Source: the human T2T-CHM13v2.0 reference genome, Homo sapiens | NCBI RefSeq assembly: GCF_009914755.1 | Contig: NC_060926.1 | Direction: 5' to 3' (one strand) | DNA: 64,000 bases | In this document: in pieces, positions 28,981 to 41,774 of the stretch | Layout of the letters: every line of letters begins with the position of its first letter | How positions within the stretch are numbered: position 1 is the first letter of the stretch | Translations under genes and position numbers: made by a program | The notes under the pieces: model-generated | Seen by the model: only the letters and a program-made list of their open reading frames with translations | Database searches by the model: none | Told to the model about the DNA's origin: nothing

Positions 28981-29889
28981 AGATATACAACTTTTCAATT
29001 CTCTGAGCAATATACTGCTTCAGATAACAACTACTGTCAGTGAGTGTCTGGTTTCGGTTTTGGAGGAGTTGAATACAGTAAGTATGTCTAATGTTAAAAG
29101 TCCAAAAAAGATTCATGATAGCTCTATCTCACAGATATGCAAGATAAACATGCATGCTCACAGTGATGCTAGGAATGGATGCTTTGTAAAGCACTGGTCT
29201 ACGAATATCATGTTTTTCAAAATCTCCCAATCCATCCTCAGATTTTCTTTTACACATTTTCTCAAACTGAAACGTATAAGTCTGTTTTATAGAAAACCTA
29301 TTTTGTTTTTGTAATTTTAAACATCTACATTAATATACATCAGATTTTTTAAATGGTTACATTCACATATTTTATCTGAAACAACTACTGCTATAATTGT
29401 CTAAAGATGCAGCAAGCTGCCTCAGAAGTGGTACATTCTAATAAGATGTGGCATGATAATCTATTCTGCATTGTTCAGAATTGGACTAGGTGGTTTCTGA
29501 GGCCCTGCTCTATGTGAGAATCTAAAAGTCCGTGAATCCCATTCTTTTTTCCCACAGAGAAAAGGGATTAGAACTTGCTCCCTGTTGGCATCCCACGCCC
29601 TTTCCTGATTCCATTCTTGTTCTGGACAATTTCCCAGGAATTAGTGCATAACCCTCTACAGCTGCTGGGCCTCAGAAACAATTTGGGAGGAGAAAATAGA
29701 GGCTCAGAATAAAGAAAATATCTATTAAAGCATTATTGCATCAAATATAATGGAGAACATGTTCATCTTTTAAAAATTCAAAAGGAAGAATATGACACAT
29801 TTAGGAGGCATCCAAAAATCACCTTTTTCAGATAAATAACTGTTAGTGGAGAAATAAAATTAACTTGCAATTTGGAAGAATTAGTAGGC

Positions 29890-30055
29890 AGAATTATAAT
29901 ATTTAAGATCTGAAAATAACCTCAAAGGTCATTTGAATCCAATATTCCATTTTACAAATGAGTAAGGTGAAATTCAGAAAGGGTAAATAACTTATCCAAG
30001 GTCCCAAGTACATTGATGGCTGAAATGGAACTGGAAATGGAGATATCTTAACTAC
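29890..30055 (-). mobile_element. MIR3/MIR
   Basis: GGTCATTTGAATCCAA..CATTTTACAAATGAG...GGGTAAATAACTTATCCAAGGTC. Confidence 0.75.
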
Positions 30056-30649
30056 CCCATCTTCCACCACCCCTAAACTAAATGGTTAATTAAATTTAAA
30101 AGCTTATTACAGGGTATGCTTAAAGGCACAACTTCAGATTCGTGGTTTTAAAATAAAAGATTGTATCCTAACATCGCTGACAACCACAGTTAGCATGGAT
30201 TCTCAGTCTTGTCAAGATGCAGAAGTAAGATATGCATAGACATTGGGATGGGAGATCTTATCAGGTCCTGTAGTTCTATTCTACGAGCTTTCAGTAAGTT
30301 TTATACAAACTAAAACAATAATAATAATAATGGATGATAACGACAGGAGCCTATACTATTTTGAGGCTGAAACAACTACATCTCACATAATTTGTCACAT
30401 AGCATTCAGAGCCCTCATCTGACCTGTAGTCATTTTTTTCATTTCTGTTTTGGTGGCTTCTATAGCTTTTTATTTATTTGTGTTTGTATTTTTTTGAATT
30501 AGTTGTCAGTAGTCAAAAATTAAAAAATGTCACAGAAAACCTGACTACAATTTTCTTACATGTAGCTCACTAGTTGTTAAAAAGCAGAGAAATAAAAAAG
30601 GAAGAGAAGAGAAAAGAAGAGAAGAGGAAAGAAAGAAAACCAAAGAAAG

Positions 30650-30770
30650 AACCTAATGCAAATGATGAGATAATGGATGCAGCAAACCAACATGACACAT
30701 GTATACATATGTAACAAACCTGCATGTTGTGCGCATGTACCCTAGAGCTGAAAGTATAATAATAATAAAA
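30650..30770 (+). mobile_element. Severely 5'-truncated L1PA 3' end
   Basis: ACATATGTAACAAACCTGCATGTTGTGCGCATGTACCCTAGA; 16-bp TSD AAAGAAAACCAAAGAA at 30632-30647 and 30771-30786. Confidence 0.93.
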
Positions 30771-32059
30771 AAAGAAAACCAAAGAATTCCTTCTGTGCTT
30801 GGCTCAGCAGCGTTGGAGTTCCTGACTCCACTTTAATGTTTCCTTAGTCTAGCACCACCACCAAAGTTCTTATACAAATCATTTTAACCACCACCGAAGT
30901 ACTGACACAAGCATTACTAGCCGAAGTGGTTGTAGATTTCCTTGAAATTAAAAATATGTTTCACCTTTGTAGTTTCAATGAGAATAAGAAATGAATGTGC
31001 AGAACGTCATTCTTAATAACTATGCTTATTATAAGAAAACATAAAGAATGCATAATGGAGAATGCATATTTCTTCATGCATGATGGTTATGGGACCAGCC
31101 CTTCTCTGTTTTATTTCCTCTTCCTTAATAGGTAGCTATGCAATAAGAACAAATTTTGAAAAAATAAGACAAAAGAAGATATTCTGATTTAAAAGGAGGT
31201 GGAGGAAGAGGAGGTAGTGTCAGTGGCACAGGTAGTACCTAAAGTCTACCTGAAGATTCTCTCCAGGACATGGGTTACATGCATAAATTGGGCCTCTGAA
31301 AGCCTTAAACTTTATCTAGAGATGGCATATAGGCTTTGGATTTAACACTTTCTGTGCTCTATTTCATCACATTTATAGAACTGTTTTCATAGCTTTGAAT
31401 AAGTATGAGCTTATTACATGAATATTTAGTTTATTACATACTACTATATACAGCTGTGATTGTGAACAGATACACTTCTGCTTTTTGTTGAAGATAGGAC
31501 TGAGTTAGCAATGTCTACTGTATTAAACAGAAAAATAATTCTCTCTGGCCACTTCCATATTCTCCCAGATCAGGACCTATACAAACACTGGGGAAAACAA
31601 ACTTCCAAGTGATGGCAGCACAATCAAGCTGTTTTGTGGAAGGTATAACTGCTTTGCATGGTTATAAGCCTGCCAGAAAACATGCAGGAATTCCCAATTC
31701 CCAGAGCAGAAACATTGCCAGCATGTAACTCTGGATTCCACCCCATATGCCATATTTCCAGCCCATCTTCGGTCAGCACATAGTCTGTGCTCCTGGGGCG
31801 TGCAAGACTGTGAAAAGGCCTGCATAACTAGCTTTCATGATGATTCCTGCATTAAAGAGTAAAAGCATCTCTGTTCAGCTTTCAAACAGCCTACTTACCC
31901 ATGGCCAGGAAGAAGGGGAAATTAATCATTTAATTAAATTAGTCATTTTCCAGACTAAAGATAAACTTGGAATATGACTCACTTAAGCAAAACTTTCCAC
32001 AGGTGTCACTTCTCCAGGAAGATTAAGAGAAGGGCCCAGGTCTCCTATTCCAGAAAACT

Positions 32060-32150
32060 ATTTGAGGGTTGAAACCTCCTCCACTGTGTATCACCTAGCA
32101 CAGTGCCTAGTGAACAGTAAGAATCAGGAAAGAGTTATTGGATTGAGTAG
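32060..32150 (+). mobile_element. L2 3' end remnant
   Basis: CACCTAGCACAGTGCCTAG..CAGTAAGAATCAG. Confidence 0.55.
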
Positions 32151-35100
32151 CTATTGAATTGAAATGGAACCCAGTCTGCCCACTCTAAAACAGTCACTTT
32201 GAACACAGAATGTATTAAGGTGTTATTTCACGTGCAGGCTGTTACAAATGTTGACTCAGGCTCAAACAAACCTTTTAGCATTTTTACTTTTAATCCAATT
32301 GAATGATTTTACAAAATAGGGCAAGGATATAAATTCAAATAAATTAACAGTGGGTAAAAGAGCATCTAGTCCTCAAAAAAAAATTCTTTGGCCTGCCTAT
32401 CATTTATATTTGTACAATTATTCCTCTTCTCTAAGGTTCACAACACTTAGGCTTCTGAAGATGGAAATACACTGCACAGGGTATTAACTTCTGCCAATGG
32501 AAATAAAACTGTAAATGATTTGGTTTTGTGATTATTTAACATATAAACATGTGCTCATTGAGAAAAATGATGTCTGGACAACTGACATTGTATTTCTGCC
32601 AAGTACCAAGCTAATGTTCATAAAATTTTACTGGAGGGAACCCAATGCTAACTATAGGATTTCAAACTGCTGATCTGGAGAGATGAATCGTGAAGCAATC
32701 TACGTTGTATGGCTAATCAGAATTCCCATCCTTACCCATGCTCTGAAAAGAACCTAAAATTTCTATTTGGAGGCAACTTCAGAAAGCTTTCATTAATTTA
32801 AATTTTAAAGCAGATTTCTTCCCATTATGTGTATTCAACTGAAAGCCTATTTAACACAACACCATGATAAAAGTGAAAAAAAAAAAAATGTCAGGTTTTT
32901 CCAAGGCATCCATTTTACTTTATTCCAGAATCCAGAGGCATTGAAAATCCAGGGCTTTCTGCATTTCTTAGGATGTTTTGAAAACTAAAAAGAACTGGTG
33001 ATAATTTGGTGATTTCCCGTTCTCTGCAATTTATTTTAAACATGTGAAATGAATGACTCTATGTTCCTTAAAGCTGCCCCCAAATTAAGCAATGTAATAG
33101 TTGATAATTAGATGCATTTAATTCTAATTTAATAGCCATCTTTATTTGGCATGCTCTTTATATAAATACTACTCAACTGAATCCTATTAACACTTACATG
33201 GTTTATTACATTTCATCTGAGGAAAAATGTACATATTCTAAAAGCTGCATTATTTAATCTTGGTGTTAATTTACTGGTATGCTTAATGAGTTTACAGGTT
33301 TAGTATTATTTAAACTTTGTGAAATATATGTAACTTTTCTTTATTTTACCTTTAATATTTGGAGAAAAAAAGGTTCTATTAGGGTTTTCAATATGGTTAT
33401 AATTGTAGAATGAAAATAAGATAAAATTAAAATTAAAAAGCAGAAGTGGTACAGTTCTCATAATTTTCTACATGCACTGGAGAGGAACAGGTTTTCAGGA
33501 AATCTCAAATGGGAAGTAGATGTGTTGAGCATGTTGAACTAGGAAGGCTCCTAGCAAAAACAAATGAGATGCTGTACTGCCTCTCCATTACGGCCAACAC
33601 AGAAGGAGAAAAGAAAATGGCATCGTCATGGCAGTCTACAAATAACTAATCACTCCCATGCACGGTTGATTTTCAGTATGGAGTCTGGCAGGAAAACCTC
33701 AGGGACTCTGTCACCCACTTGCAGGCCAGCTTCACATGACACAGTATTATTATTAGCAGCAATATTTTGACCATTTCTAGTTATCTTTTCTCTTCTTATC
33801 TCTCCCCTGAAGTTGATACAAGAAAAGATTATCTGAAAATAAAGAAAATAAATACCAGAAAAGGTTTAAGTAGGAAAAACTGCATGTTTTTAGGAAATAT
33901 TCTGAGTGATTAGATAGGGGAATAAAAAGTATGAAACGATTATATCATGTTCTATGTAGCCTGACAAGGTAATCCCTAAGTGAGAGAATTTTTTACTGCT
34001 GCAAATTTGTGTGTGTAAAGTGTGACTGACAAGCCACAAACATAAATTGGTAAAACCAAAAGGAAGTCATTTAGCAGCTCATTATTTTACAATTTTCTAC
34101 ATTTCAATAAATTCATCATGACGATTTTTTTTTTGGGGGGGGGGGGAATTCCCAATGGCATTAATGTACTAGTTTAACAGAACAATAAAATAATATTGCA
34201 GGAAAACATATGGCTCTGCCAAAAATATTAAACTAATATACCATAAAAGGAAAATGAATAGGTGATTCATTCACTATCCATTTACAATTATTTAAATTAT
34301 AAAAATGAAAGCAGCCTCTTCATTTTAAAAGACAAAAGAAAAGTCATTTAGTAGTTTAGTAATCAAACCTATGTGAGAGATCAGTTATCTGGTTAGATAT
34401 TGATCTCACTTATAAATGATTTTATATTACACTATGCTCCTAGTTCATGATACATATACACACATCCTCTTATTATTTATTGAACATAAATTTATATCAA
34501 ACTGGCTTTAAGACTCTTGTAAATTTGTGGGAGCTCCAGTTTTACTAAGGCAAAGTGAGATGCAGAATCAACTCCATTTTTTCCAAACAATTGATTCCTT
34601 ATCTTCTAAAATGCCACAATTTTCATTATGCCATACAAAATATTACGGAATGTAAATTATCAGTAAAATTTCCTTAGTTATCTATTTCACTGTGAAATAT
34701 GAACACAGCCTGTATTAATAACCATGAATTCAAAGAGAAAATGCTTTAAATATATATCAGGCTAGCTTAATCTAAGCATATTGTTTGCTGTGGTTCTTTT
34801 TCAGAACTGAATATCAAGCTACAGTCCACTCTGCCGAAAGCTTCCAGCTTTCCAAAAACTGAAAACCTTCGCCAGTAAATCACAACTGTTTTACCATATG
34901 CCTCTCTGTTCTGCCAAGCATTACCAGCTTGTTCTACTTTTAAGCAAATTTCATTATATTATAGCTCAGAGCAATGCTCATTAAAAAGTATTACTGAAAA
35001 ATGTCAAGTTGTTTTTATATAGAAACTAGAATTTATTTTCTACTGAAAAGTCAGATATTTATTGAACACAAGACATTTTTAAAACATAGCTTTCATTTCA

Positions 35101-35379
35101 CAAGTTGGTTCAACTTAATGATTATCTGAAGTACTTTGGGTCTTGCACCAGTTAATGTTCACTAGTATCTCCCATTGATGTAGATTAACCATTGCCTTTC
35201 TAGAATCAACTTAGACTCAGATTAGTGGAAAATTCTCGGTTTCTTCACCTATATTCATATTCTCATTGATCTGCCTATTCTCCTGGCTCCCCGCCAGAGC
35301 CTTCTTGAGAACTGCTCCACTGGACATACTTTAGGGGACTGTAAACTTCATTATAGCCTATTCATTATAGTATAAATAC

Positions 35380-35555
35380 AGTTCAAAGAACACTAGCTTA
35401 GAAATCTCAACCCCACCGCTTCTAATTGTGTGATTCTCAATTAAGTCAGTAACCTCTCAGAGTCTTCATTTCCTTATTTGTAAAATGGAATGAAAACAGC
35501 CTGCTCTGCTTTTTGAACCTAATTATTGTGAGCAAAAAAGTCAGCAATGCATGTT
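35380..35555 (+). mobile_element. MIR remnant
   Basis: AAGTCAGTAACCTCTCAGAGTCTTCATTTCCTTATTTGTAAAATGG. Confidence 0.7.
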
Positions 35556-36674
35556 CCAACATTATGTATCCCATTTACCATATGCCAAACACAAAACCAG
35601 AAAGCTTCATTTTAAAGCACCAAGCTCCTTCCCAAGGAACAGTTTTTCCTTCTCTTCAGATAGTAAAACTCACTGGCCATAAGAGCCTGTGATCCACAAA
35701 AGACAGGATAGATTTTTATTACCTGCTGTAATTAAGTTTAGCCTTGGATTCCAGGCCCAAAGATTTATAAAATGTTAGGCTTTAAACCACAAAACCAAAA
35801 AATCAAGCCATTCTTGATTCCTCTCAGGAGAAAGAATGTTTTCTAATCCCATGAGGAAATCCCAATCAGACATACTCAAATTGGATCACACTTTACATTT
35901 AAACTAACAATAAGAACAACAATAGAAATAACAATCATCACTAATCCAGATCCAGTTGTTCTTTAATTGTAGGCCAAATCATTCTCTGCAGATCCTGAAG
36001 CTTTTCAAAAATGAAGACCAATCCTGAAGGTGAGCTGAAAAGTGTTGTGAGGGTTCCTTCACTTTAATCTACTGCATTTTTATGCAGTGAAATCGGGATA
36101 ATGTGGAAATCAAGGTCGCTTTTGATGGAAGAGAGGTGACAAAAAGATATCTAGAGGGACAGAAGGAAAGGGAACAGGAGTAGGATGGCCAAGAACAGGC
36201 CTACTTAATTTGACTTGCTAATTTCATAAAGAGACTCTGAGCAGAATTGCAGGTGGATTATCCACATACAATCCTCAGGCCTTTCTCTGCACTTTCCTAT
36301 GCTACATGGTCTTTCCTTCCCACAGGGATCTTTCTCTGGTATTGTCTATCTCCTTAGCAATGAGAGAATGGAGGCTGTTCAAATCACCTGTCATGAGACT
36401 GTCACCCTACTCTCTAGGTATGGCTTCACCTAAAATACAATTATAAACATAGAAACTTCCACCTCACAAGTATAGTGGTGATAGCAAAACTCAGAGCATA
36501 GCAAAGTGCATTCTAGATGCCAACATAGAAATTATGTTCATTCAGTACATTAAACAGCATTTGTTTCCAAAGAACTCAAACAGAATGACAAAGAAACCAC
36601 TAACACTTCACTAGATAAGCAAATATAGCACTTTCAATATTATATTAAGAGATGCTTATCAAGAACTTGCAAAT

Positions 36675-36950
36675 TTCCTTACCCTTTGTTCTAGCAATTT
36701 GCATCAGGGAATCTATTCTGCAAAAAGCAGCGACTGCATTTTTTTGCATAAACGTGTGCATTGCAGAATTATTTAGATGGACAGAGCTTTAGAAACAACC
36801 TAAATATCCAACAATAGTAAAAGAGTAAGTATATTAAGATATTTACATACGGAATAGGTGGTTGATTTACAAAGGGCTAGTGGAATAGAAAAAATTTCTC
36901 ATGTTAAGATCCACATCAAAATTTTTTTTGTTTACAATATGCACATAAAA
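36675..36950 (+). mobile_element. Old L1 (L1ME-type) fragment
   Basis: CTAGCAATT...GGAATCTATTCTG; TAGAAACAACCTAAATATCCAACAATAG. Confidence 0.65.
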
Positions 36951-37601
36951 GATTAAGTTATAAAATCAAGATTTACCAAAGTTGAAAGTATACATTTTTT
37001 CACTCTCTTATAAGAGCATATTTGCATGTTCCTAAAAGAATCAATAAATATACTCTTATAATCCATACATGTTGGGTATTTACGTGTTAAAACTGAAAGT
37101 CTAATCTTGTGCTGTCTTTGAAAAACGGCTGTGTTGCTGTGGCTAAAGAATGCTTTACAGAAAAGAAGCATGGTATACTAATGTGAGAAAACGTGCTTTG
37201 TTTTTAAATGTGATGGTTTTCTTGGTGACATTTTGAAGTCAATCTTTTCTCTCTTGAATGACAGAATTTCTATATTAAGAGAGTATGTGGAGACAAATAG
37301 TGCCTCTCAGTTGCGCAAAGAAGCATATTTAGTATCCAACTACAGAATTCCACGGAAATTATAGAATCTTCAGTCCAGATTTAGGTACCAGAGTTAAGTA
37401 GAAATGGTTATAGAACCAGTCAGTAAGAGTATAGCATATACGCAGACCGCCACACAGAGAGTGAGGCATGTGCAAGAGAAAAAAAGTAAGAGTGTAGGAA
37501 ACAAAGAGTGCAGGAGGAAGAAGAGAGCAAATTGGTAATGATTCTGTAACCAGAGAAGCACTGGCATGAGTGAATAACTCAACTGTAAAGAAGTACAGAA
37601 T

Positions 37602-37720
37602 GGATGATAGATATCCCAATTACCCTGACTTAATAATTACACATTCTAATACTCATATGAAAATATCCCATGGATCCCCAAAATATGTACAACTATGATA
37701 TATGAATACAAATTAAAAGT
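37602..37720 (+). mobile_element. Short L1MA 3' end
   Basis: GATGATAGATATCCCAATTACCCTGACTT...AAATATGTACAACTAT; 11-bp TSD AAGTACAGAAT at 37591-37601 and 37721-37731. Confidence 0.85.
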
Positions 37721-37920
37721 AAGTACAGAATAAGTCATATCTATCATCACACATGCAATATCTCCCTTTTTAAAAAGTTCTCAATAAAATACCTTAATCA
37801 AATGTGGCTCAGTAATAGTAACACTGAATTTAGACAACTTTATCAATTATCTTATCACTAGAATGGTGTACAAGCGTGATAGTCTTTGATTGGGCATGAC
37901 CAGGAAAAAGTTGAGGGTTA

Positions 37921-38071
37921 CAAGACTGGTGACCCTCAAGAGAGGAGGTAACATTTGTCGGCCTTACAATTCTCAATATTGATGCATGCTGTGAAAGTGC
38001 AAGACATAAGTTATTCTCAATATTGTGAGACCATCAAATGTTACCTCCTCTCTTGAGGGCCACCAGTCTTG
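37921..38071. repeat. Inverted repeat with 50-bp arms (45/50 match) and 51-bp spacer
   Basis: 37921-37970 is the reverse complement of 38022-38071; the outer 37 bp match 36/37. Confidence 0.95.
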
Positions 38072-38664
38072 AGGCTCTCTTGAGAACTTCCTTCCAATAT
38101 TAGTCCATAGGACCTCCTGACACATTCACAAGAGAAACAGAGAGCAAGCTGAGTGACATTATTTTTATTCTCTTACTTGAGGGAATATATGTAATTTAGA
38201 ATGGATTAGATAGCTCTCCTGCATTGCTTTATTGAAGATATGTCTGGAGTCTGCAGTCAGAAATTAGTGAAGTCCTTCCTTATCCATCTGAAAATTTCAA
38301 GTTTCTCTAAAATTAAAACAAGAAATAGAAATAGTTTAACCAACGCAGAGACCAGACCCAACACACTAATGCAAATACCCCTTTCCTAGACTCTACTATG
38401 GTCGATTCACTTTTCCTTATGGTTCACTTCATGGCAAAGCTGTAATTATAATGCTTAGAAATGTTGACCTTTACTTAATGACTGACTCTCTCATGACCAA
38501 GATTAATGATTTGAAAGCCCAAATGCAGATGCTAACAAAAGATAAAGGTGTATCTATCACTTAATGCAATGAAATTTTATTCATTAAAGAACAAGAAACA
38601 AAGGCTGATTATATCTTCCTTCTTATAAGCTATTTAAAAACAAACAAACAAACAAACAAACAAA

Positions 38665-38776
38665 ATGATGTTTCGCTGTGTTACGCAGGCTGGACTTAAA
38701 CTCCTGGGCTCAAGCAATCCTTCTGCTTCAGCCTCCCAAGTAGCTGGGACTAAAAGTGCCCACCACCATTCCCAGC
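38665..38776 (-). mobile_element. FLAM Alu monomer, preceded by (AAAC)n at 38636-38665
   Basis: CAGGCTGGACTTAAACTCCTGGGCTCAAGCAATCC...GTAGCTGGGACTA; degenerate TSD TTATAA(G/A)CTA(T/C)TT. Confidence 0.85.
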
Positions 38777-39599
38777 TTATAAACTACTTTTAAATAGCAG
38801 TCATTCTGGCTTGTTTTCTTGCATCCAGAAATGAATTCGACTGGTGGCTCATTGTTTCTTTTTCCAGAGTAACATGGTCTCTTTTCCTTTGGTCCACACA
38901 GATCCTGTGGATCAACTTCATGTCAGAAAGCAAAAAGTAAAAATAACACCTTGGAGAGCTCTCACTCATCTATTCGCACCAACCTAATCACAATGCTACT
39001 GCTTCCAGGATGACCAGGTAATGAGTGTGGTCTATCCAACACGAGGATTCTTTCCAAGGCAATTTGGAGCAAATCAACTAGGCTAATTGGTAATTCAAGT
39101 TTTTATCCCATAAAATGACTGTGGCCCAAGGGAATGTATCAGAAACCTGTGCACAAGAGTTTGTATTAGAGTTGTTTATTAACATGGGGATTATCTTCAA
39201 ACCAATAATAAAAAGCTATAATTGACTCTTTGCAAATGCATAAATATGGGAGCAACAGTGTGCACAGGTTATTACTAAACTGGAAAAGAATTTTAAACAT
39301 TTCTTGTAATAAATAAATCACCTTTAATAGTGACAAATTGTAGATAAATTGCATAATGCCAATGTATATTTCAAGGTAAGAACTAATAATACATCAATTC
39401 TTTTTTGTTCCTTTAAGATTAGAACTCATAAACCCCACAGTGCACTGGGTACAAAATCCCATTGAAAACTCAGAAATGGGACTGATGGGAGAACTGAACT
39501 CAGAGACTTCCACAACTCGGAAATATGTTCTTAAAAAGCCATGTATCTTTTTATCTTGGGCTTCTAGGCAACTAGCACAGGTCAAGATAACTAGCATAA

Positions 39600-39790
39600 A
39601 AGGAATCGGGCACTAATTCTGCTACCATCTTGGTGTACGATCTGACGCAAGTCAATGAATCACTATGCATCTCAACTCTTAGATCTAAAAGACAGAATAA
39701 TCAAGAATTTTATAAGACTCCAATGAGACAATTTATAAGAAAAAGCATTGAAAATAATGCATGCTGTGAGAGCGCAAGACATAAGTTATT
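39600..39790 (+). mobile_element. Very degenerate MIR remnant
   Basis: CTAATTCTGCTACC...GCAAGTCA...AATGAGACAAT...TAAGTTATT. Confidence 0.45.
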
Positions 39791-39995
39791 AAAGGGCTGA
39801 TATGTCAGGAATATCAGTAAGTTTCAGAATAAACTGTTACGGTCTATTCTTGATTTGGTTAAGGACATGAGGGTAAATATGCTTATGCTATTCCATTTTA
39901 TGGATAGCAGTGGTGAGAACCACTGTGGCCAAGAATTTTGTCAATTAATCTGCAAACTTTTCTGACCAATGCTTAGCACTATCAATCTAACTAAG

Positions 39996-39996
<1 letters not shown>

Positions 39997-40036
<40 letters not shown>
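39997..40036. repeat. (TG)20 microsatellite
   Basis: Perfect dinucleotide run. Confidence 0.97.
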
Positions 40037-40037
<1 letters not shown>

Positions 40038-41009
40038 CTTAATCAATACCTAACAAAGATCCCTGGGGTGAAGATCACTCCTATATTATACCTAGTACCA
40101 CCAGTTATTTGGAGGGACAGGTGTTATCCACTGATCAAATCTTAGGAAGCTGCCCCTCGGAGAATTACAGCTCTGGCACAAGCAGATCATAGACTCAGTT
40201 TACACTTCAAGAAACTCTATTTAGTGGTGACTGCACATAGTTCATTTTTTAAAATCTCGCTGCACACAGCCTGATCCTGTACTACTCAAACATGTCAATT
40301 GTTATGATTCATTATTCTTCAAAGGCCTCAAGTTGGTACTCAATATTCCACTGGGAGCTTGGAAAACGGATCTGTCCCTTCACTGAGTTATTAGGCAAGT
40401 TTCAACACATCTTTTCATCAGTATAAGAGTCTACAGAACCTAGCCTCTGTAAATTCAGAGAAGGGGCCTTGTATTTTATGGCACATGGAAAGGCGTTAGT
40501 CACACACAACTTGTTCCCAGTCATAGGCCTCTGTTCAGGCTCCTCTCTTCTCTAGGTTCCCTTAGCCTTACCAGCAAAATCCCTAGACAAATCTTATTTC
40601 TTCTCAGACCCAGACAGAGCCTCAGATCCTGTATGAAGACTCCTGCAATGAGGGGAACCATCTTCTCCACTGGAATTTGTACAGCTGTTGTGAGGCTCCT
40701 CTTCTCTCTCAATATCGCCTTTTCTACTGCCACTCCTTTCTTGTTAAGGTACTAGCCACTCTAACCACACCTTCTCTCATTCCTATAACCAATCATTTTT
40801 AAAAGTCTGGCAGAATCTCTGATCCCAACACCTTCACAGAAAAAAAAAAGTAAAAACAAACAAAGAAACAAACCTGTTATGCATTATAGGAGTGATTTTC
40901 AATTGTGTGTATGTGGGGTGGGTGTGTCTTGATGGGAACATGAAAACTCCGAGGCAGATGTGGTAAGCAGATGGGCGGGGCATGTGTAATGTGATGAGTC
41001 CTTCCAGGG

Positions 41010-41322
41010 TGGCCTTATCTACCTTGCTTATAGCCAGCACCACAATCTATTCACATTGTTTGTGCCTCAGCTCAGGAGCTTCTTATTGCTCACTCAATAC
41101 CTCCCAAATGATTTTCTCACCTACAGTCTTGTTCTCTTTAACCATGACCCAAACCAACCAATTAATTCTCTACCTTGCTTGCTGAATGACCTGTGTAAAT
41201 GCAGGCCTAATTCTGTCAAGCCCTTCTTAAATCCTTCAGTGTCTCTCTATCGCCTTGAAGGCTAAGTCAAACTTCCCAACAAGGTTGAGTAGGCTACCAT
41301 TCCCGTTTGGGCTTTCTAGCCC
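41010..41322 (+). mobile_element. L2 fragment, resuming at about 43021-43240
   Basis: AAATGCAGGCCTAATTCTGTC..CTTAAATCCTTCAGTGTCTCTCTATCGCC..AAGTCAAACTTCCC; right part contains TATCACCTCCTC. Confidence 0.6.
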
Positions 41323-41407
41323 CTTTTTGGGTTTATTTTATTTTTTATATGCATTTTTTTAGAGACTGGGTCTTGCTATATTGTCCAGTGCAGTGGCTAT
41401 TCACAGG

Positions 41408-41768
41408 TGTTATGATTTGGCTGTGTTCCCACCCAAATATCATCTTGAATTATACCTCCCATAATCCTCATGAGTGGTGGGAGGGACCAGGTGGGAGGTA
41501 ATTGAATCATGGGGGCGAGTTTTTCCTGGCCGTTCTCATGATAGGGAATAAGTCTCATGAGATGTGATGGTTTTATAAAGGGCAGTTCCCCTGCACACAC
41601 TCTCTTGCCTGCTGCCATGTAAGATGCGCCTTTGCTCCTCCTTTGTCTTCTGCCATGATTGTGAGGCCTCCCAGCCATGTGGAATTGTGAGTTCATTAAG
41701 CCTCTTTCTCTTTATAAATTACCCAGACTTGGGTATTTCTTCATAGCAGTATGAAAACAGACTAATCA
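41408..41768 (+). mobile_element. THE1 (THE1C-like) LTR
   Basis: TGTTATGATTTGGCTGTGTTCCCACCCAAAT...ATAAATTACCCAG...GACTAATCA. Confidence 0.93.
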
Positions 41769-41774
41769 ATTTTT

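Noticed and set aside
37921-38071. Annotated pre-miRNA or MITE call for the hairpin
   Set aside because: The 51-nt spacer is long for a canonical Drosha substrate, I recognise no miRNA or transposon terminus, and there is no flanking TSD. Kept only as a structural finding.
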